Below, piece by piece: positions 50,313-59,540 of a DNA stretch of 64,000 bases. A program made the translations under genes and the position numbers. The notes under the pieces are model-generated. The model did no database searches. It worked only from the letters and a program-made list of their open reading frames with translations, and was not told where the DNA came from. Numbering within the stretch: position 1 is the first letter of the stretch; each line of letters opens with the position of its first letter. Source of the stretch: a virus (taxonomy: Duplodnaviria; Heunggongvirae; Uroviricota; Caudoviricetes); IMG/VR virus record IMGVR_UViG_3300046506_000279, one strand, 5' to 3'.

Positions 50313-50481
50313 GCTCTGTCTCCTGGTGGTGGGCGCTGCGGCCGGCCTGGTGGCCCTGGGCGTAGATGATGTGCATCAGCTCGCGCAATACCACGGCCTG
50401 CTTTTCGTGGCCGCGCTTGGTGCGGTGGAAATATTCGGCCACCAGCTGCTTGCACAGGCGCTCGTTCAGCAGCTTGCTCAT
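50281..50481 (-). CDS. hypothetical protein (66 aa)
   Basis: MSKLLNERLCKQLVAEYFHRTKRGHEKQAVVLRELMHIIYAQ... It has ATGA coupling to the upstream gene and a 32-nt overlap with the downstream start. Uncertain. Confidence 0.3.
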   Translation of the reverse strand: MSKLLNERLCKQLVAEYFHRTKRGHEKQAVVLRELMHIIYAQGHQAGRSAHHQETEHAESQIHPAR

Positions 50482-50783
50482 GCGCCACCCTTGGCCAGCA
50501 GGCCGGCCACTTCGGCCGGGCGGTAGCGCTCGAGCTTGATTTCCAGCTCGATATGGTGGGCGCCGCGCTGGGCGACGGCAGCCTGCAGCGCGGCGCTGGC
50601 GTGGGCCACGGCGGCGTCGAAGTTGTTTTCGGCGAACCAGCCGCTGTTGCCCCAGCCGAGGCTGACGGTCCACAGCTTGACCCAGCCGGCCTGGCGCAGC
50701 TGTTGCTGGCGGGCCTTGGCGTGTTCGATCAGGGCATCCAGCTGGTCTTCGTCGCAGCGGGCGACATAGTCGGCGTGGCTCAT
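50478..50783 (-). CDS. hypothetical protein (101 aa)
   Basis: MSHADYVARCDEDQLDALIEHAKARQQQLRQAGWVKLWTVSLGWGNSGWF... with AAGGA SD. Confidence 0.5.
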   Translation of the reverse strand: MSHADYVARCDEDQLDALIEHAKARQQQLRQAGWVKLWTVSLGWGNSGWFAENNFDAAVAHASAALQAAVAQRGAHHIELEIKLERYRPAEVAGLLAKGGA

Positions 50784-50995
50784 AGCAATCCTTGTTGGCG
50801 GGCCGGTTCGAACCAGTCGGCGTCGATCCAGGCACCGGCGCGCGCCCCCGGCACGGCCGGCTCCACTTGGAACAGCACGCCACTCTGGCAGGTGGCCGGC
50901 GCCATCCTGGCGCTGATCGTGTGGGTGGTGGTGCGCTTGGCAAAGTCGGTGGTCACGCGCGCGCCGACCTGTAGCTTACGGCTGGCGGCGCTCAT
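50780..50995 (-). CDS. hypothetical protein (71 aa)
   Basis: MSAASRKLQVGARVTTDFAKRTTTHTISARMAPATCQSGVLFQVEP... It is coupled on both sides. Confidence 0.35.
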   Translation of the reverse strand: MSAASRKLQVGARVTTDFAKRTTTHTISARMAPATCQSGVLFQVEPAVPGARAGAWIDADWFEPARQQGLL

Positions 50996-51303
50996 GGGTT
51001 CGCCAGCGCAAAGGCGCGCGCCTGGTCCAGGTAGGCTTCGCTCCAGTTGTAGCCGCGCTGGTGGATCGTGGTGTCCACCACGTAGGCGGCGCCAAGGAAG
51101 TAGCGCAGGGCTTCGGCGGTGCGGTTGTCTTGGCAGGCCGTGGCGTCTTCAAGTTCCTTGATCCTGCGCTCTTGCGCGAAAATCAGCTGTTCCGCTTGGC
51201 GCAGCACACTGCGGCGCAGCGCGTAAATCGGGCTGCGCTGCATGGCTTCCAGCGCGTTAAGCAGATCGGCGTGGTCGGTTTTGATGGTCGGTTCACAAGC
51301 CAT
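50992..51303 (-). CDS. hypothetical protein (103 aa)
   Basis: MACEPTIKTDHADLLNALEAMQRSPIYALRRSVLRQAEQLIFAQERRIKELE... with GGGAG SD. Confidence 0.45.
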   Translation of the reverse strand: MACEPTIKTDHADLLNALEAMQRSPIYALRRSVLRQAEQLIFAQERRIKELEDATACQDNRTAEALRYFLGAAYVVDTTIHQRGYNWSEAYLDQARAFALANP

Positions 51304-51667
51304 CGCCAAGCTCCCGCAGGTTCAGCACGGCGCCGCTCTTGTCCTGCTGGCGTTTGACCTGGGCGCGCAGGCGCTTTTGTTCCTTGGTCAGGATCGCGAT
51401 GCTTTCGTTCAGTTCCGCCACCTTGCGCTGCGCCTCGCGGTAGTTGATCCAGGCCATCTGGATGGTGCGCGCGTTCGATTGCAGGAAGTTGAAGGGCTCG
51501 AGGGTGGCGCCGCATTTGGCGCAGTTCACCATGCGGTCATGCTCGTTCAGGGTTACGGCGTCGTGCTGGCAGAAGTACGGTACGCCGGCCGGGCGCGGCT
51601 CGATCGCCAACAGGTTGTCGGGCAGTTCGGCGGCGGGGAAGGCGTGGACGACTTTGTTATCGGTCAT
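51293..51667 (-). CDS. Zn-ribbon plus coiled-coil protein (125 aa)
   Basis: MTDNKVVHAFPAAELPDNLLAIEPRPAGVPYFCQHDAVTLNEHDRMVNCAKCGATLEPF...QMAWINYREAQRKVAELNE. AAGGAAACAG SD. Confidence 0.5.
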   Translation of the reverse strand: MTDNKVVHAFPAAELPDNLLAIEPRPAGVPYFCQHDAVTLNEHDRMVNCAKCGATLEPFNFLQSNARTIQMAWINYREAQRKVAELNESIAILTKEQKRLRAQVKRQQDKSGAVLNLRELGDGL

Positions 51668-52205
51668 GGCTGTTTCCTTGCTTGCTGGCGCGCGCGGCGT
51701 CGACGATCGCATCGGCATCCTCGCGGAACTGGTCGCGGAAGCGGTCGAAGTCGAGGTTGTCGTATCCGTCGCGGGCGCGGAAAGCGCGCCAGCGGTCGGC
51801 GTCCTTCAATGCGCGCATGATGTGCTCGGCGTCCTCGTAGAACAGGATGGTGCCGGCGCGCGCGCCGCTGCGGTGCAGTTCGTATTCGCCGTCTTCGCCC
51901 ACGCCCATGGTGAACTGGCCGTAGGCGGCGGGCGTGATCGGCGTGGTGGCGGCGGCCAGCGCGGCGCGCAGTTCGGCGTTTTCGGCCTCCATCGCCTGTT
52001 CCACCGGGGTCGCGCAGGTCAGGGGGAAGTCGGCGGGCTTGCCGATGCGGGCGCGCCAGCTGGGGATGGCGCTGGCGGCGGGCGTCGCGGGGCGCATCGC
52101 TTCATACACGCCGACGGCGGTGTTGCGGCCGATCGGGCTGGGGCGGGCGCAGTCGCACAGGATGGCGGCGCCGGCGGCAATCTGGGCGTTGGTCAGGGTG
52201 GGCAT
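51657..52205 (-). CDS. hypothetical protein (182 aa)
   Basis: MPTLTNAQIAAGAAILCDCARPSPIGRNTAVGVYEAMRPA... Confidence 0.45.
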   Translation of the reverse strand: MPTLTNAQIAAGAAILCDCARPSPIGRNTAVGVYEAMRPATPAASAIPSWRARIGKPADFPLTCATPVEQAMEAENAELRAALAAATTPITPAAYGQFTMGVGEDGEYELHRSGARAGTILFYEDAEHIMRALKDADRWRAFRARDGYDNLDFDRFRDQFREDADAIVDAARASKQGNSHDR

Positions 52206-52208
52206 CGG

Positions 52209-52387
52209 CTATTTCTCTTTGCTCAGTTCAATGGCGAAATCCATCAGGCGCACGGCCTGCTCGCGCTTGAGGTTGACGTTGAATTCGAGCCTGGCGTTGG
52301 CGTCGTCCTTGTAGGCCAGCACGACATGGGCGCGGCCGGCCGGGGCGCGCTCTTTCGGCATGCTGGCCTTCCATTTATTGCGGGTCA
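52209..52387 (-). CDS. 59-aa hypothetical protein (not in ORF track)
   Basis: MTRNKWKASMPKERAPAGRAHVVLAYKDDANARLEFNVNLKREQAVRLMDFAIELSKEK, with AGGAG SD. Confidence 0.4.
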
Positions 52388-52650
52388 TCGGTCGCTCCTG
52401 CGGTGGCCCTGGGCGCCAGTTCCCACAGCGGCACCGGGAATTCCACCCAGTGGGTCACGCCGACGAACGGGCGCATGCCCAGCGCGTCTTCGCAGGTTTC
52501 CCACTGGCCGGGCCGGCCCACATTGTCGAGTGGCCAGCCGCTGGCGATCGCGCCGTTCCACAGGAAGGCCACGCGGCCGGTCAGGTTGGCCATGTCGGGC
52601 AGGCCGTCGGTGGCGATGTCGTGGATCTGGATGGTCAGGGTGCGGGTCAT
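52375..52650 (-). CDS. DUF551-family phage protein (91 aa)
   Basis: MTRTLTIQIHDIATDGLPDMANLTGRVAFLWNGAIASGWPLD...VGVTHWVEFPVPLWELAP. The C-terminal THW(M/V)..P.P motif is typical of DUF551. Confidence 0.5.
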   Translation of the reverse strand: MTRTLTIQIHDIATDGLPDMANLTGRVAFLWNGAIASGWPLDNVGRPGQWETCEDALGMRPFVGVTHWVEFPVPLWELAPRATAGATDDPQ

Positions 52651-54497
52651 GGGGTGCTTTCGGGTGGGGTTGGCGTGCTGCGCAGGGTCAGCAGGCGGGC
52701 GGCAAAATAGTGGGCGTTGATGCGCAGGTAGGTCTGGCCTGCGATCTGGATGGTGTCGGCCAGGATGCACTGGGCGGCTTCGGCCAGCACTTCGTTGCGG
52801 GTGGCGCTGGCGAGCTGGCGGTCGATGGCGGCCAGCTGGGCGGCATCCACCACCGCCTGCCATTGCGCGCAGCCGCGCGGGTCGTAGTCGCATTCGTGCT
52901 TGCGGTCCTTGTAGCCGGCTTCGTACAGGTTGTCGGCCAGCTGGTACAGGTCGGCCAGCGGTGCAGCCTCACGGCTGGGGAGGGCGCGCAATTCGTCAAT
53001 CAGCTTGAGCACAAACAGGTGGAAACTGTCGCGGGTGATGCCGTTTTCTGCTTGTTCCTGGTCGTACCACGCCAGTGCGCGCGCGCTGGTGGCCTCACGG
53101 CTGGGGGCGGGGGCGCGGCGGTTCCATGCGGCGGTGGCGGTAACGCGCTTGTCGAACGTCATGCGGCCAGCCGCGCCGCATCCACCCTTACTCTGGCGAC
53201 AAGTCACGCGCCACGATCCGGTGCCTTGGTCTACCAGTTCGGCTGCGGTGCCGCAGAAGGGGCATGGCAACAGTTCCCCGCTCGCGCTTGCCGTGGTGGC
53301 CTCGTCGCCCAACATGCGCGGCGTGCCCATCTTCGCCAGCATCGCGTCTGCGCTGCGGCCGATCTGGTCAAGCTGCTCTTGCGTCCAAGTGGCGCTTGCC
53401 GTGGTGGACTCGGTCTGTACGGGTTCGCCGGCGAAGTCTTGGCAGGCTTGGCATGGCCCGGTCGACCCGTCAGGCAGGATCATTGCCGGGTCGTCGCAGC
53501 TTTCGCACATCGGGACAGATGCTGCTTTGGCCGGCGTGCTGCTTGCCGTGGTGGCCCCTCCCATCAGCGTGCCGCGTGCCGCACCGTCCTGGCGGTCGTA
53601 CTCGGCGCGCATCGCCAGCATCTTGTCGGCATCGGACTGGCTTGCCGTGGTGGCCGCCTGGGATGCACGAAAATTGGCGTTGTCGTTCGTATCGCCGCCC
53701 TCGCGCGCGGCACCGGCCAGTCGGCTATGCTCATCCATTGCAGTGCGAATCCGTATCGTTGGCATAGGCATGCCCATGATTGCTTCGGCGTGATAGTCGC
53801 CGTTGGCGCAATGGCCCGCGACATAAAACGCGGCTTGGCACAATGCCTCATCCCATAGCACCTTCGCCAGATCACCGCGCGCCACGGAATCAGCGCCGTG
53901 TTGGCTATCGGTGCCGCGCGTGGGCGGCGGTACATGATCGCGCTTGATCTTGGTAACGATCTGGCTGCAATAGTCGTCAGCCAGCAAGCCGTGGCACATG
54001 CCCGATTCCGCAAGGGTCAGAATCTCGTTCAGCAGGGCCAACTGCTCGTTCGGTGCTGCGGGCGCGGCTACAGGGGATGCGTAGACAGTGCGCGGGTTAT
54101 GTCCGTTGGCCTTGGCGTCCTCGTAGGTCTGCTGGTCCGTGTCGTGCCAGCCGTGCGGGTGCAGGAAGCTCTTGAGCTGGTAGATCGGTGCTGCGGGCGT
54201 GGCTTGCTGGATGAGCGCGCCGCGGGCCTGCCATGCCTCCCACGCCCAGATGCCAACAGGCGAATTCAAGCGAGGTAGGCCGCCCCATCGCTGACGCAAG
54301 TGCGCCTCAAACAGCGCCCGCTCGCCCTCCTGTTCGCTTACGCGCGGCGATGGGGCGGCCTTAGCAGCATCAAGCTCCCGTTCGCATTTGTCACACAAGT
54401 GCATGAGTGCGGTGCATGTCGGGCAATGGTCCGGGGCCGGATCGCCGCAGGCGGTGTTGTCCAGGGTGATGCCAATATCTTTATAACGCTCTATCAT
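52647..54497 (-). CDS. large modular Zn-finger protein with a Lar-type (restriction-alleviation-like) domain and TTAS-linked repeats (616 aa)
   Basis: AAGGGATAAG SD. Four modules are each introduced by (A/S)TTAS. One ends LPCPFCGTAAELVDQGTGSWRVTCRQSKGGCGAAGRMTFDKRVTATAAWNRRAP, with PCPFCG ... AWNRRA as in the Lar_restr_allev family. Other CxxC pairs include CPTCTALMHLCDKC and CESC...CQAC. Confidence 0.5.
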   Translation of the reverse strand: MIERYKDIGITLDNTACGDPAPDHCPTCTALMHLCDKCERELDAAKAAPSPRVSEQEGERALFEAHLRQRWGGLPRLNSPVGIWAWEAWQARGALIQQATPAAPIYQLKSFLHPHGWHDTDQQTYEDAKANGHNPRTVYASPVAAPAAPNEQLALLNEILTLAESGMCHGLLADDYCSQIVTKIKRDHVPPPTRGTDSQHGADSVARGDLAKVLWDEALCQAAFYVAGHCANGDYHAEAIMGMPMPTIRIRTAMDEHSRLAGAAREGGDTNDNANFRASQAATTASQSDADKMLAMRAEYDRQDGAARGTLMGGATTASSTPAKAASVPMCESCDDPAMILPDGSTGPCQACQDFAGEPVQTESTTASATWTQEQLDQIGRSADAMLAKMGTPRMLGDEATTASASGELLPCPFCGTAAELVDQGTGSWRVTCRQSKGGCGAAGRMTFDKRVTATAAWNRRAPAPSREATSARALAWYDQEQAENGITRDSFHLFVLKLIDELRALPSREAAPLADLYQLADNLYEAGYKDRKHECDYDPRGCAQWQAVVDAAQLAAIDRQLASATRNEVLAEAAQCILADTIQIAGQTYLRINAHYFAARLLTLRSTPTPPESTP

Positions 54498-54500
54498 GGC

Positions 54501-54759
54501 TTATCCCTTGTGCTGGCTGTCTGCGGGTGGCTGGGTAACGTCGAGTGGCAGCGCCAGTTCGCCCAGCAGGTAATCCCCGAACGCCGTGGTTTGGTGTCGA
54601 CCGAACCCGATGCTGCGCACCGCGCCGAGTTCGGTGAGCCTTTTCATCGCGTCTTTCGGTACATCGTGCCCGCCGGCCTCGAAGTCGCAGCAGCACTCAT
54701 AGAACCGCTTGAGCGCCGCCATGTCGTCGGGCAGGAGGAAATCATTCTGTTCGCTCACG
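54501..54759 (-). CDS. hypothetical protein (86 aa)
   Basis: GTG start with GGGAGG SD. VSEQNDFLLPDDMAALKRFYECCCDFEAGGHDVPKDAMKRLTELGAV... Confidence 0.4.
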
Positions 54760-56911
54760 CCGCACCTCCCTGGCTGTCTGCGGGTGGCTGGGTGCGCAGA
54801 GTGCGGATGCGGGTGGCGATGTTCCATGCGGCTGATGACTTGAGCGGCGAGCTATAAAGCGTGGTGAGATTGGATAATTCACTTTCAGCTATCTGAACAC
54901 ACTCCGCTAGCGCCGCATCCCGCACCGCATCAGGCGCGGCCTGTGCGCCTTCCGTCGCGACCGGCAGTGGCGAGCCCTTCGGCTTTGCCGCCTGCTTTGC
55001 CCGGATCAGGTCGACCTTGGTCCAGATGCGCGCCAGTTCGGTTTCTGCCGCTTCGTGCAGGTCCATGCCTTGCGCCAGGCACAGCGCGGCCAGCGTCACC
55101 ATGACGCCGCCGACTTCCTGCGGTTTGTCGCCAACAGGCCGGCCGTAGACGTAGTCAACCAGCATGTGCGCGTCGGATGGCGGCATGCCGCATGCCTGCA
55201 CCAACTCGGTGGCTTCCTCGAAGAAGCGGTGGTTGCGCTCTACCGTGTCTGTTGAGATTGCTTCGCCGAAGCACGCCATCATCCACGGCTGCACTCTGGC
55301 TTGGAAAGGCGCGGCCTGTGCGCCAGCTACCCGCGCAGCGATCAGGGTTTCGATGTAGGCGATGAGGGCGTCATGGGCGACCAGCCACGCGGGGTCAGCG
55401 GCAATCCCCTGAACGACCCGCTTGCGATCAGCGCTCAACAGCTTGCCGAGAACCTTCACGAACGCCAGGGTATTGACCCTCTCGACGTTGGCGATGGGCG
55501 CGACCTGCGCGCTGGCCTCGCCATCCGGTTCTTCCGCTTCTTCCGGTTCTTCCGGTTCTTCCGGTGTTGGTTGGCCGGTGCATGCCTCCCAATCGACCTG
55601 GGTGTGACTGCCAATACGTTTTCCGCAGAATGGGCAAGGGGAATTATTTAGCTTGCGGGCGTCGTCTTGCTGTGCGCTGGCCTCGGTGCTGCTCGGGGCG
55701 TCAGGCAAGTCCCACCCACGTATGATTGCCTCTGCTGCGGCGTATTCTAGGGCGTCCGCCCCGCCCTCGGCAGCGCCTTTCCGGTATGCTTCGCGCAGCC
55801 TTTCGTGGATGTCCGGCAGCTTGGCGTAGACGGTAAAATCTTCCGGTTGTGCGCTCGGCTCGCCTTCCTGCGCGACCGGGGCAGCGGCCAGCGTCAGAGC
55901 AGCAATTTCGGCGTTCGCGTCGATCAGTTTGCGCTGGACGCTGGTGAGTTCAATCAAGGCGGCGCGCAGATCGTCGGCTGCCGGCTGCTCAATGGCTGCC
56001 ACTGGCGCGGCGGCGTCGGCAGTCACTGCGGCATGCAGGCGCTCCAGCTCGGCATACAGGAAGCACTCATGGGCGGTTGCACCGGGGCCGGCCAGATTGG
56101 GGTCGGCCTGCTGCTTGCGCACTTCGCGCAGCGCCCGGCTCGCAGCTTCCGGCACCGCCTGCTGTGGCGCTGCTGCTGGGGTGGCGGCGAGCATGGCGGT
56201 GGCGCGTTCCATCAACTGGCGATGCTTGTAAGGCGGCTCATCATCAGCGGCCATTTCGTAAGCGCGCATCGCTTTTGTCAGATCGGTAAGCAGATCGTGC
56301 CACCCTTCCTGCGCGACCGGGGCGGCGAGCTTCTGCACCGCTGCCTCCCACCCGTATTTAAAGAAATCGTGGGACAGCATCACCTCGCGCGGGTCCGTGA
56401 CCTGGTCTTCCGCGCGCGCCGCATCGAAGGCTTCCCGGTACAGGTCGTTCTCTATGTCGGCCACGCGCACCGACATTGGGTAGGCACGCATGTTTTGCGG
56501 GATCACGGTAAATGTGTCGCTTCGCATCGGCACTGCCGGCCGCGGCTGCTCAATGGCTGCCACTGGCGCGGCGGCGAGCATGGCGGCATAGCAATCTTCC
56601 ATGCCGCAGTCGTCAATGGGCCGGACCTTGCTGAACCACGTTTCAGCGAATGCGACGAACATTTCTTCGGTCGGCGTGGTGGGCACCAGCTTGTAACCGG
56701 CCGGCACCGCCTGCTGTGGCGCTACTGCGGCTGGGGTGGCGCTGGCCACGGCGGCGTCGACCAGCCTGCTCAGTTCCTTGTAGGCGGCGTCGTACAGCGG
56801 GTTCTCTTGGGAGGCGTGGGCCAGCGTGAGCACGGCAAGGCTCAGCGCCTTGATTGGCACGGCGATGGATTCTTCTGCTGGCGGCACTGGCGCGCTGGCG
56901 GTGTCGGTCAT
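54755..56911 (-). CDS. large modular protein: repeated AAPVAAIEQP/AAPQQAVP modules, PCPFCG Zn-finger, acidic PEEPEE linker and C-terminal MazG-like NTP-pyrophosphatase-like domain (718 aa)
   Basis: MTDTASAPVPPAEES... (internal ATG of ORF 54755..57082). It contains SPCPFCGKRIGSHTQVDWEAC. The C-terminus ERNHRFFEEATELVQACGM...DAHMLVDYVYG...EVGGVMVTLAALCLAQGMDL matches the all-alpha MazG EExxE...E..D pattern. Confidence 0.45.
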   Translation of the reverse strand: MTDTASAPVPPAEESIAVPIKALSLAVLTLAHASQENPLYDAAYKELSRLVDAAVASATPAAVAPQQAVPAGYKLVPTTPTEEMFVAFAETWFSKVRPIDDCGMEDCYAAMLAAAPVAAIEQPRPAVPMRSDTFTVIPQNMRAYPMSVRVADIENDLYREAFDAARAEDQVTDPREVMLSHDFFKYGWEAAVQKLAAPVAQEGWHDLLTDLTKAMRAYEMAADDEPPYKHRQLMERATAMLAATPAAAPQQAVPEAASRALREVRKQQADPNLAGPGATAHECFLYAELERLHAAVTADAAAPVAAIEQPAADDLRAALIELTSVQRKLIDANAEIAALTLAAAPVAQEGEPSAQPEDFTVYAKLPDIHERLREAYRKGAAEGGADALEYAAAEAIIRGWDLPDAPSSTEASAQQDDARKLNNSPCPFCGKRIGSHTQVDWEACTGQPTPEEPEEPEEAEEPDGEASAQVAPIANVERVNTLAFVKVLGKLLSADRKRVVQGIAADPAWLVAHDALIAYIETLIAARVAGAQAAPFQARVQPWMMACFGEAISTDTVERNHRFFEEATELVQACGMPPSDAHMLVDYVYGRPVGDKPQEVGGVMVTLAALCLAQGMDLHEAAETELARIWTKVDLIRAKQAAKPKGSPLPVATEGAQAAPDAVRDAALAECVQIAESELSNLTTLYSSPLKSSAAWNIATRIRTLRTQPPADSQGGAA

Positions 56912-57168
56912 GGCGTTTCCTTTGCCAGCGCGGCGGCCAGCGTGGCGTCGGTGTAGCCGGGCGGGATGATGGCGATCGGTTCGTGACAGGCCAGGCAGAG
57001 GTTGGCGCCGCGCGCTTCGCTTTTCAGGTAGGCGCGCGCAACATGACCGTTCTCGCAGCCCCAATGCGGCGGCTCGTACCACGCGTCAGGGATGCCCAGG
57101 AACATTTCTGCGCCCGCCGCCCTGGCGGCCTCGATCTCCCGGTCCTGGAAGTGCTTCAGCCTGCTCAT
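56908..57168 (-). CDS. small Cys/His protein (86 aa)
   Basis: MSRLKHFQDREIEAARAAGAEMFLGIPDAWYEPPHWGCENGHVARAYLKSEARGANLCLACHEP... with a strong AAGGAGAAGG SD. ATGA overlap with the downstream gene. Confidence 0.5.
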   Translation of the reverse strand: MSRLKHFQDREIEAARAAGAEMFLGIPDAWYEPPHWGCENGHVARAYLKSEARGANLCLACHEPIAIIPPGYTDATLAAALAKETP

Positions 57169-57254
57169 CGCCTTCTCCTTTGTCTGGTACGTCATGATAG
57201 GTTGTTTCGACCTGTCTGTGCAGGTCTTTGGGGCGGCGCTTTGCGGGTTCTTGG

Positions 57255-57590
57255 TCAGCCGTGGGTACCGGTGGCGCGCGCCGGTTTCTGGGCAGGCTGG
57301 TCGAGGCCGGCGCCGGGGTAGGCGTCGTGCCAGGCCTGCAGCGCGGCCCGGTTGCGCTCGGTCTGGGCGTTGTGGCTGGCCAGCGCGATGCGCACGCGCA
57401 GGGTCAGGCAGCCCAGGTCGTGGCCGCTGCCGTCGGCGTGCGGGGTGGCGCCGCAGAAGCTGCAGTAGCCGGTGTCGGTTGCTTCGTTGAAGTGCAGCAG
57501 GCCGCGCGCGACCGCTTCCATGCTTTCGCGCCACAGCGCGGGGGCCAGTTCGATGGTCAGGGACGGGGCGGCGGGGGTGGTGGTGTCCAT
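57255..57590 (-). CDS. hypothetical protein (111 aa)
   Basis: MDTTTPAAPSLTIELAPALWRESMEAVARGLLHFNEATDTGYCSFCGATPHADGSGHDLGCL... with AGGAG SD. Confidence 0.45.
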   Translation of the reverse strand: MDTTTPAAPSLTIELAPALWRESMEAVARGLLHFNEATDTGYCSFCGATPHADGSGHDLGCLTLRVRIALASHNAQTERNRAALQAWHDAYPGAGLDQPAQKPARATGTHG

Positions 57591-57721
57591 GCGATGCTCC
57601 TGGTGGGCTGCCGGCCGGGGTGGCGCGGCATAGGAACATCGTAGGTCGAAACGACCAGTTAGCCTTGCGCTGGGTTGGGTCGTTTCGACCGCTTTTCTGG
57701 CGTCCCTCAAGGGTCAACCAA

Positions 57722-57904
57722 TCAGCCTCCGGGGCGGTGGTTGCGGTCGCGGCGCTCGATCAGCCGCCCCACGAAAACGCACTGGGCCAGCAGGAAAAAG
57801 CACCACAGCCCATCGCGGTACAGGTGGTCGTCGAAGCATAACTTGGCGCCACTGGCGGCCAAGGTCAGGTACAGCAGCCATATCAGGGCTCTTGCCTTGC
57901 TCAT
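57722..57904 (-). CDS. small 2-TM membrane protein (60 aa)
   Basis: MSKARALIWLLYLTLAASGAKLCFDDHLYRDGLWCFFLLAQCVFVGRLIERRDRNHRPGG, with AAGGAGAA SD. Confidence 0.45.
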   Translation of the reverse strand: MSKARALIWLLYLTLAASGAKLCFDDHLYRDGLWCFFLLAQCVFVGRLIERRDRNHRPGG

Positions 57905-57930
57905 CGGATTCTCCTTTGCGTGGGTTGGTG

Positions 57931-58326
57931 TCAGCGCAGCAGCCACCACATGAACCAGGCCGCGCTCAGGCCCGCGCCCAGCGCCACCGTTGCCAGCTCG
58001 GCCAGCCGGCGCGCGCGCTGGGCCGCGGTCGGTTGCGGGGTGCGCGCGTGCAGCGCCACCGCCAGCATCGCGCGCTCGAGCTCGGCGCGCTGGCGGTCCT
58101 CCAGCTGCGCGCCGGCCGCGGCCGCCTTGCGCAGGATGTGGCCGGTCACTTCCTGCTTGGCCTGCTCGGTGAAGGCGATGGTGGCGGCGCGGAAGCGCTC
58201 GCCGGCGGCGTCCAGGGTGGCGGCGTCGCTCAGCATCCGGCCCTGCAGCGCCTCCACCCGCGCCAGCAGGGTGTCGAGCTCGCCCAGCATTTCGGCGATC
58301 AGGGCTTCGCGCGCGGTCGTGGCCAT
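57931..58326 (-). CDS. coiled-coil protein with C-terminal TM (131 aa)
   Basis: MATTAREALIAEMLGELDTLLARVEALQGRMLSD...LATVALGAGLSAAWFMWWLLR. Confidence 0.45.
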   Translation of the reverse strand: MATTAREALIAEMLGELDTLLARVEALQGRMLSDAATLDAAGERFRAATIAFTEQAKQEVTGHILRKAAAAGAQLEDRQRAELERAMLAVALHARTPQPTAAQRARRLAELATVALGAGLSAAWFMWWLLR

Positions 58327-59039
58327 CAGGCGAACAGGGTGGCAAACACGGCGTCGAGGTTGCGGTTGGCCGTCACCGCGAGGCGCTGCAGCGAAATCAT
58401 GCGCACGCAGGCGGTGCGTTCGTGCTCGTCGGCGGCGGCGCGCAGCTGGGCGCGGTAATCGGTGGCGTCGGTGCTGATGTCGCCCAGGGTCTTGTTCACC
58501 GATTTCAGGCGCGCGAACACTTCATTCGCATGCACGGCGGCGGCGCGGTTGATCACGAACGACTTTTCCAGCTTGGCCAGGCCAAACAGCGCATGGAAGT
58601 CCTCGTCCACCGATTCGTCGACGTCCACCTTGTTGAAGACCAGCCGGATTTTCTGCTTCGGCACGCCCATACTGGCCAGCGCGCGAATGGTGTTGACGGT
58701 ATCGGCCTGCTGCTTGCGCTCGCTGACCACCGGCACCACGAAATAATCGAATTCCTCGTGCGAGCCTTCGAACAAGGCCATCCGCTTCATGAATTCCTCG
58801 ACGTTCGAGGCGCCCACATCGACAATCGCGGTATCGAGCTGCATCAAGTCTTCCTGCAAGGCGCCGAATTGCTTGCCCTTGATCTTTTCCACTTCCAGGC
58901 CGTCGGGCGCGCTGTCGGCATTGATCGTTTCAAATTGAAACACGCGGGCATCGCCCATCCGTGGTTTGAGCAAATGGGCGGCGATCGTGGTCTTGCCGAC
59001 GTTGCCCGAAAAGTTAATGACTGCGACTTTGGCTTTCAT
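58326..59039 (-). CDS. ParA/StbB-like partition ATPase
   Basis: MKAKVAVINFSGNVGKTTIAAHLL is a deviant Walker A of the ParA/MinD superfamily. 237 aa, lacking an N-terminal HTH (type Ib-like). Confidence 0.7.
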   Translation of the reverse strand: MKAKVAVINFSGNVGKTTIAAHLLKPRMGDARVFQFETINADSAPDGLEVEKIKGKQFGALQEDLMQLDTAIVDVGASNVEEFMKRMALFEGSHEEFDYFVVPVVSERKQQADTVNTIRALASMGVPKQKIRLVFNKVDVDESVDEDFHALFGLAKLEKSFVINRAAAVHANEVFARLKSVNKTLGDISTDATDYRAQLRAAADEHERTACVRMISLQRLAVTANRNLDAVFATLFA

Positions 59040-59413
59040 GCTTTGCTTCCTTTTCCGTATTTAATCAAATCGTCCATGTCCTTCGGCTCGGCCGGGTCGC
59101 GGAAGGCCGGTGCGGCCACCGGGCGCGGTACGGCAGCTGGGGCCGGTGTCAAGGCCGCGGCTGGCGGTGCCGGCCCTTCCTTGGCGCGCCTGGCCCGCTC
59201 GCGGCGCAAGGTGGTGCCGAACACCGCCAGGCTCATGTCGATCCCGTGCGCGTGCAGCTTGACCAGCACCTCGCTGTGGCTGGCACCGCCGGCCAGCGCC
59301 GCCTCCACCGCCGGCAGCACCGCGCGCAGCCGCGCCGCCTTGCTGCGGGTCGGGTCGGCCGGGTCGGTCTGCGCCAGGCCCAGCAACTCGGCGGAAAGTT
59401 CGTCGGTGTTCAT
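59036..59413 (-). CDS. partition/DNA-binding partner candidate (125 aa)
   Basis: MNTDELSAELLGLAQTDPADPTRSKAARLRAVLPAVEAALAGGASHSEVLVKLHAHGIDMSLAVFGTTLRRER... It is coupled to the ParA gene and lies downstream of a repeat array. Confidence 0.4.
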   Translation of the reverse strand: MNTDELSAELLGLAQTDPADPTRSKAARLRAVLPAVEAALAGGASHSEVLVKLHAHGIDMSLAVFGTTLRRERARRAKEGPAPPAAALTPAPAAVPRPVAAPAFRDPAEPKDMDDLIKYGKGSKA

Positions 59414-59436
59414 GTCGTGTTCGCCTCCTGTCTCTT

Positions 59437-59540
59437 GATGTTCGGATTCTAGTCGTTTTTGTCCTCATCTGTCACGCTGTTGTTCGGCTTCCATGATGAA
59501 ATTGTTCGGAAAACGTCAACCCCTGTTCGCCTGCTGTTCT
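59437..59540. repeat. TGTTCGG-type short direct repeats (centromere/operator candidate)
   Basis: TGTTCGG at about 59441, 59481 and 59503, with TGTTCGC and TGTTCTG variants at 59524 and 59534. The array is immediately upstream of the partition operon. Confidence 0.45.

Noticed and set aside
51444-53858. ORF 51444..53858(+), 804 aa, and 55805..56956(+)
   Set aside because: Antisense to the minus-strand gene block. Gly/Ala/Arg low complexity.
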